Shown: piece after piece, positions 23,014-33,084 of the stretch
Numbering within the stretch: the stretch's first letter is position 1
Layout of the letters: each line of letters opens with the position of its first letter
Source of the DNA: Octopus bimaculoides
Lineage: Eukaryota
Direction: 5' to 3'
Assembly (NCBI RefSeq): GCF_001194135.2
Contig: NC_068993.1
Location: forward strand, 8,952,299-8,996,200
DNA: 43,902 nucleotides
Notes under the pieces: model-generated
Databases searched by the model: none
The model's input: the letters and a program-made list of their open reading frames with translations, nothing else
Told to the model about the DNA's origin: nothing
Position numbers and translations under genes: made by a program

Positions 23014-23073
23014 ATGTCGGAATCGGATCAGGAGAATATACCCCAGGAGGAGAATATGGAAGAAGGCGAAGAT
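23014..23073 (+). CDS. SMARCA5: ISWI coding exon 1 ([20 protein letters not shown])
   Basis: ATG at 23014 with an in-frame upstream TAA; donor GAT|gtgagt; phase 0 joins the acidic exon 2. Confidence 0.8.
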
Positions 23074-23321
23074 GTGAGTTGGGTTTTTAATCTATAAAAA
23101 GGGGTCTCGCTGTTTTTGATATATTTATTCATTTGATTTTGTTTTTCGTTATTTTTTGGTTTATTCTTGTCGCCATGTGTTGTATTTCTCTGATTTAAGG
23201 AAAATGGCGTGTGTGTGTGTATATATTTATATACACATACATATAAATATATATATATATATACATACACACACATAGATATATTTATATTTACATACAC
23301 ATAGATGAATATACTTAGGTA

Positions 23322-23366
<45 letters not shown>

Positions 23367-25762
23367 CATAAATATACACACACACAAATATATTTATATA
23401 TACATACACAAAGATAAATATATTTATATATACATACACATAGATAAATACGTATATAGATAGATAGGTATACACACATATATATTACCAAAGAATGTGT
23501 AATCTATATATATATATAAGTTTGTATCCCCTATTCACCATCTTTTTATACGTATCTTTATTAAGAAAAAAGCATGGACTTATTCAGACATCGTAATAAT
23601 GCGACTGCAAAAAAAACAATTGCCGACGTTTATATCTCAAAAGTGGTTAATAAAGGCAACATTATTAGTATTTCTTTTTGGTTCTTATTTTTGATTACTT
23701 AATAATCCTGGTATCCAAAATATGAATCATCATTACCGCCATCACCCCTCCCTCATCATTATCATCATCACCGCCGCTTCCCCCACATCTTTCATTTATA
23801 AGAAACTTTACCTCCTACTTCCTTTGTTATTATTTCGTTTGATTTTTGTAATTTTCTACTCGATTAGAAAATCTAAAATGGTTTGTTTATACATACTAAT
23901 ATCTATATATAATTTATTTTTTTATCACATAAGTGATAGATGTTTAATACCATATAGATAATTAGGCGATCTTTCGATACTAATGATTTATAACAAAGGC
24001 AAGAATTACGGATTTATTAGGAAAGGCTTATTATCGATTAGCAACTGACTCTTCCAGTTCTTCGTATTGCGGCTAGTTTTGAACTAATTAAATGCCTGAA
24101 AGATTTCTATTCTAACAGAGACAAGCTCACAAATTATGGGAGAGGATCCAGTCCTCCCTGCTCCTTATTAAAATCAGTGAAAGGCAAAGTTGTCCTGGGA
24201 GCTACATTACTGCAAATCATTTCTTTTTTGTCTCGCGGACGCAATTATCCTTCTTCTTAACTGGATTTTTTTTTTAATAATCTTATTCTAGACACGGCTT
24301 ATCCCGATCTTCTCTCGTGTATTATGTACCTAGGACGATATTATCCAATGTGTTCCGGAAGTAATTTAAGCGAAGCTTAGCTGCTATTTCTAACAGACCG
24401 ATGACCGCATAGAGGCTCCCGCGTTCACTCATTAATTTGTGTTTATAAAAATTCCATTTCTAATTGTTTCTCTCAAGATTTTAGTCTGCCCTTTCGGATT
24501 TCCTAAAATAAATACTAGCAATTTATAAATAGATGCTATAATTTCCTTACGCGCTAGAAAACATCTAACTATTAATGGTAATTATTTTAATAGAGTAACT
24601 GACATGCTGCTGTTTTCTTTTCGAATAAACGGTACCATTCCTCCTGAATTTGGTTAATAATTCCTCGGAAAAGCATCAACGCCACACAATCTAGCTTCCC
24701 CTACACACATATATACCTCTGTACATTTGACGTTTTCTTGTCTAATATTCTTTTCTACTCAAGACACGAGGCCCGAAATATTTGGTGAGGTGGGGGGCAG
24801 TCGATTAGATCGACCCAGTATGCAACTGGTACTTAATTTATCGACCCCGAAAGGATGAAAAGCAAAGTCGACCTCGGCAGAATTTGAATTCAGAATGTAA
24901 AGACAGACAAGCTCTTTCTTGTCTAATATTATCTTTAAGTGTTAATTTGGTAGAAGTTTTTAATCACTTGGTGACCTCTTAAACCCAGTTCACTTGTACC
25001 GCTAAAGGTAGCGCGCGCCGCCGCTCTCCTTTCAAACTAAACTTTAAAATATTCTATGGAAATGATCTGCGGTTTACCTGTTATTTAGCCTCGAGTCAGC
25101 TCTGATCTAACAGATCTATGGTTAAAAAACACGGACACGGTACTCATGAAGAAGACGCGGGTCCACTCTTCTTCATGAGTGCCAGCACCCCGATGGTACT
25201 CATGATCATGAGTACCTAAAAACACTCGAGCCGTGACCACCACGTTTTTTTTTTCCTATTTAGGCGTGTGACTTGAGGGAGATTTGGCTACTGTTTCCGA
25301 CAGGACGAGAAATCCGTGTTGTTAGATAGTAGTAATAAGGATCAGTAAGGAGACTTCGTCGAAACTGTAGGATACCGGATTAAATAAAAATGCTTTTATT
25401 TTCGTCTCTACATTTTTTGAGTTCAGACCCTATGAGATATAATCTGAAATGAATAATATTTGATATAACAGGCTTACAATACAAAAGATTAAATACCTTG
25501 TCATTAAAAAGAAATAAGGTCAAGAGTGGGACATTAAATGATAATGATTGGGAAGTGGATTTGTCAAAGGACGAAATACTTCGGAATTTTCCATTTCGTT
25601 CTTTTACAGTTTACTTTGCCTACTCCGGCATTCAATCGTTTTTAGTCTCAGATGTGTCATCGCCTTGTCAAGATTCGTTCGCCAGTTTCCGTGTGCATGA
25701 GACAGCACGTGTTGTCAACTATAAACACATGAAATATTATCACTAATACAGCTTTTTCTGTG

Positions 25763-25796
<34 letters not shown>

Positions 25797-28700
25797 CACA
25801 CATACATACTTCGATGTCTAATCCCAAAGTCCACCCAATAATCTTTGATAAGCACATCGTTAAATGCAATCTGTCTTAAAACTTTCCCCCCCTCTATCTA
25901 ACAAACCCGTGTTTTAGACTGTTTTCTTTGCTTTTTTTTTTTAAACTGTCTTTTGAGGATAGGGTGCACTATTCTATTGCAATTATATCCACATCTATAG
26001 TGCATTTTAAAGGTTTAAGGTGGACACAGTTCGAAGGATGGACGATTGGCCTCGGCTAGAGTTGAATTCATCGGTTCGATGCTCAAATTTTTTTTTTTTT
26101 TGCTGAAGGCCAGCAATTTTTAAGCGAAAATGAAAGTCGATCTCGGCGGAATTTGAACACAGAATGTAAAAGTTCGATGAATTGCCTCTAAGCATTTTAC
26201 CTGGTATGCTAACGATTCTGCCAGCTCACCGCTTAACTTCTTTATAAAAAGTTTGTACCCAGACACAAAGTTGCCCGTCCATTGCAGAAAAGAAGAAAAT
26301 GTGAGATAGCTCACTAGCTTCGCATTAAGCTGCTTCAGTTGTCGAGGACACCGTGTCAGCATTTTTTATCCCTTTGTCAGTCTACGTTCTTTCCTTTCTT
26401 TTTTGCTGTCGGCATTGCTTCAATGTATTCGGGCCTTCTTTTTTTATATATATAAAAACCGGTTTCAATTAGACTTTCTGCATTTCCTCTACCTTACCTA
26501 TGCAGACACATACAATGTGTGTGTTTTTAATAGCGGTTCTCAATGAGTTTGACATCATGGTGCACTTCTTATGTAAAGTTTAAAAGGAAACTTCGTTATA
26601 TATAGCTCGGTTCTTATAATCAGTCACTGCCGAACCGCTAAGTTGCGAGGGACTAAACACACCAACACCAGTTGTCAAGCTTTTTGTTNNNNNNNNNNNN
26701 NNNNNNNNNNNNNNNNNNNNNNNNNNNNNNNNNNNNNNNNNNNNNNNNNNNNNNNNNNNNNNNNNNNNNNNNNNNNNNNNGGGGGGGGGGGGGGCAAACA
26801 CAAACACACAACGGTCTTCATTCAATTTCCGTCTACCAAATTAACTCGCAAGGCTATCGTAGAAGACCCCCATCCAAGGTACCTTGCTGTGGGACTGAAT
26901 CTGGAATCGTGTGGTTGGGAAGCAAACTTCTTACCACATAACCACCCTTGTTTAGTTTCTCCTCCCTTTACAAACTAATGTTGAATCAGCTTTTCATTTT
27001 TTTTTTTTTTTTTCATTGACAGGATGTAGAAGCTGAAGCAGAAGACAGTGAAGCAGAGGAGGAAGAGGAAGAAGAAGCACCTGCTGAAGAGGAAGATGAT
27101 GAAGAAGAGGAAGAGGACGAAGCAGAAGAGCAAGGTGACGATGATGATGAGAATGAATCTGATCCGGAATATCTGGCAGATGGTGTTAAACCAGTGAAAG
27201 CACTCTTACTCAAGCAGCCACCCAAGAAGAATGGACAAGATGCTGAAGCTTACGAAGAACACATTGTACGTGGTCATTTTAATTTCATGTTGTTGTTTTG
27301 TTTACTTTCATTTAACATTTTGTGAACCATCGTTAGAGGTCTTTCTATTATCCATTCATTTGATTAACTGCCATTTCCAGTTGTGTTACTATCAGGGTAC
27401 TTTTGTCTGGCAATACCAAGGCAAATTTCTTGCCAAAGTATGTGTGTGTGTGTCCAAGCAGGATTCTCAATGTGTCGTGATTTTAGGTGCAAGCATCAAC
27501 CACAAGGTTTTGGATTCAGTCCAACTGCAGCACCCAGGGCCAGTGTCTTCTGCTATGGCCCCTGGCCTATTAGAGCCTTGTGAGTGGATTTGGTAAAAGG
27601 AAACTACATGTGTGTGTCTCCATGTCTTGATATAGCATGGGTAGTTGCATGCGAGTGTTGTTGTCAGTGCCATTGCCAATCTTCTGTGAAAACATGTGGC
27701 CATGCGGAAATATTGCCTTGCTTAGAAACAGGTGAGTGGTGGCTACAGGATAGCATCCAGCCATAGAAAATCTGCCTCGACAAATTCCGTCAGACCCATG
27801 CAAGCATGGAAAAATGTATATTACGATGATGGGGGTATATATATCATTTAACATCCTCGTTCCATATTGGCATGAGCTGGAAGGTCTGACAGGAGCAAGA
27901 TGCTCCAAGGACTGCATCATTCTCCACGATATACTTTGTCTGGTAGAGAAGCAAGGCCTAGACTTTTTACTGTTGTGGAAATTATTGGTGATAATTCTTC
28001 TTCAAAGTGACGAGTGAAGTTGCAGTTTGGGTGAACAAATGCAGTAGTTGAGATAGGCCTATGTTGTCGACTCTCTCTCTCTCTCTCTCACCTTTTTTTC
28101 TTCCTTTATGATTCTGTCCATTAGTTTGCATGTAATTGTTACTCTTGAATTGTGTATGCAATTATTTATTTTTGTTCAGGAGCCCGATTGGAGGGTAAAG
28201 TTGAATACAGAGTGGCCCAGGTCTAAGAAAGTTGATAGGAATATTGTGGTATACCCCTGGTGGTCAGCTATCATAGGGGAGACTCCCCTCTAGATTAAGT
28301 TAATAGGAAATTTAAATTCTAAATCAGAGTGAAAAGTAAGATGTACAGAATATTTAATATTTCTTTTTTTCTTTACACATTATAAAGATCTTACAGTTTT
28401 CAAAAAAGTTGATCTATCTTCGTAAACTTTCTCTGTAGTCTGTGTGGGTTGAATAGAAACTGTTACTTCTGAGCTAAGTTGACTGGATGTTTTTTTAACC
28501 TGCAGTTTTGTTACAATGTTTGTTTCAGCAAGCCGACAGGAGTAACCGGTTCGATTTCTTGCTGAAACAAACCGAGCTTTTTGCTCACTTTATGTCAACT
28601 GGTGGCCAAGGTGGAAAAGGCCCATCGAGTCCCCTTAAAATGAAACCTGGCCGTCCACGGCTGAAGAAAAATGACGAGAAAAGCAAGCTGGTTGCCATCG

Positions 28701-31700
28701 GAGAGTAAGTTTCGATTTTACTTTAATACATTTGTGTGCGTGTGTTTTTTTTTTTTTTTTTGTGTATTTACTAACGTTTTACTACTACTTGTTGGGTGAT
28801 TTCAGTTAAGTTTGGTTAATGTGAATTTTAATGATTTATCTTGCCAATAAATTAAAGGTTGCAGTTACTAGTGAACAATTGTGATGTGTTCAGCTGTAGT
28901 GTATTACTGATTTTTATTGTTTTTTTTCCCCCATTTATGTTTTCAAGTTGTGAACATTTTGTGTAAATCGATAAGTCAAAGGCATAAGCAAGCATAAAGA
29001 ATGTTGGGCTTTCAGTTACAACTGTAACTTGGTAGTTCTCTAAGCATGTGAAGTATGAGTTGCGTCTTTGTTCTGGAAAATGTGATGGGTGGGGATAGAT
29101 GTCGAAGATCCATTAAAACGTTTGAGACAGCCTCCTCCTCATGCTAGCATGTTTACTATCTAAGAGCTTCTCTCTTTCATTTTGTTTGCTCTTTTGTCAT
29201 CATTCGTAGACTATTGTGGAAAACATGAGCCAAAACTATCTCCAATGATATTTCCATTAAACATGGCAGCAGGAACATGATCAAAGACTGGATTGTTCTA
29301 GGATTGAAAAGATGAAGAATTTAGGTGGCAAAAAGAAAAAATATAGTTAATGAATTGTACAGTCGTGAGTTTAATCAAATACTTGGTGTCTATATATAAA
29401 AGTATGAATGTGTATATCTGATTTTTTTTCCATGTTGGTTTGGATTGAATGTGTCTGTTCCAACACAACATCTTGCCATTTTTCAAAGTCTTTCATTACC
29501 TGAATAACTTGACAACATTTCCAATCCCTGCCGGGGTCTATGTCATGGTTTTTTAATGGCTGGAGATCCTTCCTAATGCCAACCACTTCACATTGTTGAC
29601 CGGGTACATTTTATTGGGTCACGGGTACCAGAAAAGTTATCCACCTGGACAGAAGCATGACCTCCACCATGTATCCGTTTTTAAGATACTTGTGTGCACT
29701 TAATATGTATTTATGTATATCTTGGCTGTGTTCATCACTTTCTCATCTGGATGGACGTTTGCTTGCAGTGAAACTAGTATTTACTTTGCTGCTTGCAGCC
29801 TGATATCAATGCAGTTTCTTCATCTCCATCTGACAAGACTGTCTGATCTATAAGGCAGCGAACTGCATAAAGTCCTAGAGTTGGCTTTGGAACCACATCA
29901 GATAATTTGTTCAAATGAACTAAACATTGTTTAGCCCAAGTCGGCACTGAACAGGCAAGCCTACGATCATTGGTATTCCAGCTATAACCATCCTCTCTTT
30001 TTCTCTCTATTCTTAATTTGCGAATATAGTAGGAGATAATTTGAAGGAAATTTGGCTGCTAACTTTAGTAGGTTGAATAACCTCATAGAAGCTTTTCTTC
30101 TGTTGTCTTGTTACTGAAGTAGTTAGAGCATTAATAGGCTAGCCAACTTGTTTGGGCAGATAATCATACAATTTATTTAAAATGAAAATATATTAGCCCA
30201 GCAGTTAAGAATCCTGTAGCTAACATGCTTTGAATAGTTCAATTTTTTTTAATTTTATTTTTTATGCATTAGACTTTTCTTATTGACTATCTTAAATTTT
30301 CAGCCTTGCTGAAGGGGGTAGGGGGGTCTCTTTTCAAGTGTTTTTCAACGAAAATTTTGTTTTTATATTTGATAATTGTTATTTGGTTTGTTGCAAGTCG
30401 GGGTTGAAAGAAACAAAATTGTGAATTGTGTGTATTTATTACTTTTCTGGTAAAAGCTAGATTCCTCCACAGAAAAATACTTAGGAATTGCATATTTTGT
30501 TTTTTTGTTTTTTTTAAATTTTAGTTGTCATTTTTATTATTATTCATGTCGGGGGATATTTTAGTGTATTCATAGAACAATTCACCACATTCAGTTTCTG
30601 ATTGTTTCAAACATAGCTCCGAACCACTGTACAATCTTTAGGAATTGCCTGGCAGTCAAGTCTGTTTCCTCCTGACAAAATGCCATGCAGTAATTAATTT
30701 AGCTCCTTTATGTTTTGAGTTCAAATCCTGCCAAAGTCGACATTGCCTGTCATTCTTCTAGGGTCAGTTAAAATAAAGTATCGGTCAAGTATTTCTATCC
30801 CACGAAAATGTGTGGCAGCCTTGTGCTAAGTTAAAAACAAGATTGTCCTTGCTATTAGTAGTTAATTTGTTGTTTTATAGCTATTAACTTTTGAATGCAT
30901 GCATGTTGCCTAGGCTTTTGATAAAGCATGAAATCTCTTCCATTTTGGGTGAAAAAAAAATATAATTCAACCAAATACAAAATTAAAATGTTTATGTGCA
31001 GTCCACTTGCAGTGACTGAATGGTCAGCTTTTGTCTAAAGACCTGAAGAAAATGAACTCAAACCCAATCTTGCATTTTTTTTTTTTTTTTTTTTTCCTCT
31101 CGTTAAATACATGTTCAGAAAAACCTGCTGTGCTGTTTAGACAGTGAGACGAAATGCTTAATGAGCCTCTGAGGTTGAAATTAAGATTTTTTGATACAAT
31201 GAAGAAGTTTTGCTGATTTTCAAGGAAAGTAAATTTGAATACCAACTGAAATGTCTTTTAATCTTGGTTCCATTCTTATTGTTATCTTTTACATCTACAT
31301 TTTTTTGCTGAGGAATGTTGTTTTATCCAGTCTTCTGGAAAAAAAAAAATAACATTCATGGTTGAGTGATTTGTGTAAGCAAGGGTACTTGGTTTTTAAA
31401 ATATTTCCTTTAAATTCACTTAACCCTTTAGTATTTAAACCAGCCAGATCTGGCCTCTCACACCTACCCTTCAATGTCATTTTAAAACTAAACAATCCCA
31501 TCATCGAAATGTCAAAGCTACAAGATAATGCATGATTAATTCAAAACAATCATCGTCATCATCATCATCGTTTAACGTCCGCTTTGCATGCTAGCATGGG
31601 TTGGATGATTTGGCTAAGGACTGGCAAGCCAGAAGGCTGCATCAGGCTCCAATCTGATCTGGCAGAGTTTCTACAGCTGGATGCCCTTCCTAACGCCAAC

Positions 31701-33036
31701 CACTCCAAGAGTGTAGTGAGTGCTTTTACGTGCCACCGGCACGAGGGCCAGTCACACCACAGAGTAATCTAAAATGTTAAAACTCTTCTCAAGTAGTTTT
31801 GTCTTGCTCTGTATCAAAATGTTATTAGTTTTAATGAAAAGAATGATGCTGGTCTAAGAGCTCTCAGATGTAAGTCTCTCATCATTTAATGACCTATAAT
31901 TTTATGTCATTATCAATTCTGTTGCAGACACTGAAAACTGCTTCTCTTTGGACTTCACTTTTACAATGTTCCTAGTAATAGCATCTCTTAAATCCATTCT
32001 TGGTGTACTTTTCATTGTGGTTAGACCTTGTGTTTAGAATAAAACCATAACATTTTGGTTCAAGTGGAGTCTCTGTTTTTTTTGTTTTTTTATGCCAGAA
32101 CATGGAAAACAATGAATGCAAGAGCTGTAAACTATCTCAGCCGATCAGCTTCTGATTGTTATTCTTTGCTATTCCATTCTTGTATGGATTTGATGGGTCA
32201 TCTCCAGAAGACCATCTTGCTACTATTTGCAGTCTTCTGTCACCTCTTTTCTTGGGTTAAGCATTCTGAGAACAGACATCATCACTTCCTCCCATCTCTT
32301 CTTTGGTCTTCCTCATCTCTAGGATTCCCCTACTTGGATTGTACGTCTTTTTTTTATTCAATTGTCGTCCTCCATTCCTTTCCAATCATTGGATAATGTG
32401 GATCATGTACCAATATGTCCATGCAAGTGCAGTCTCCCCTTCTGCAGCTGATCCTTTATAACCTACTCATTTGTGGTCCATCATTTATTTACGCTAACAT
32501 CTGACATGAATATTTAAATTTATTTTGTAAGATTTTCGACATTAGTCTATATACACGTATATGCTAAATTTAAGAAAGGATACATAAATACATTCTACCA
32601 AAAAATGAAGAGAGAAATGATTATGTAGAAAAAATAGAAGCAAAATATTAATTTTGATGTGTAATATGTTTACATATCTCCATTTGGATTTTCTATTTTT
32701 CTAAAAAGATCATTTGTTCCTGTGACCAAACATAGTGAAATGAGACAGTAATGAAACTTGGTCTTTCAGATTGGTGTGATGGACTCTTAATTTTCAGAGA
32801 CTTGAGTTCGAAACCTGCTTGAGTAATGGTGTTATTTGTATAAATAGTTCTGTTATGTGTTGTTGGAAGTGATTTTATAGAGTTGAATATATTCATTTCT
32901 GTGGGTCACTTTTGTGTTGTGTAATTTTATGTACAATCAATCAGTAAAGTTCCCCACCCAATCAATACATTGTTGTCATTGTTCTGTGTATGGTTAATAC
33001 CTATCTCCTGCAACTCCTTTATAGTGATTTAAACAA

Positions 33037-33084
<48 letters not shown>

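Noticed and set aside
22826-23077. 83-aa Lys/Arg-rich ORF overlapping the ISWI start
   Set aside because: Starts at GTG, is out of frame with ISWI and reflects purine-rich 5' UTR sequence. A possible UTR intron (22880-23008) was also considered but is unsupported.
25498-25746. 82-aa ORF in ISWI intron 1
   Set aside because: TTG start, no homology, no convincing phase-0 splice pair.
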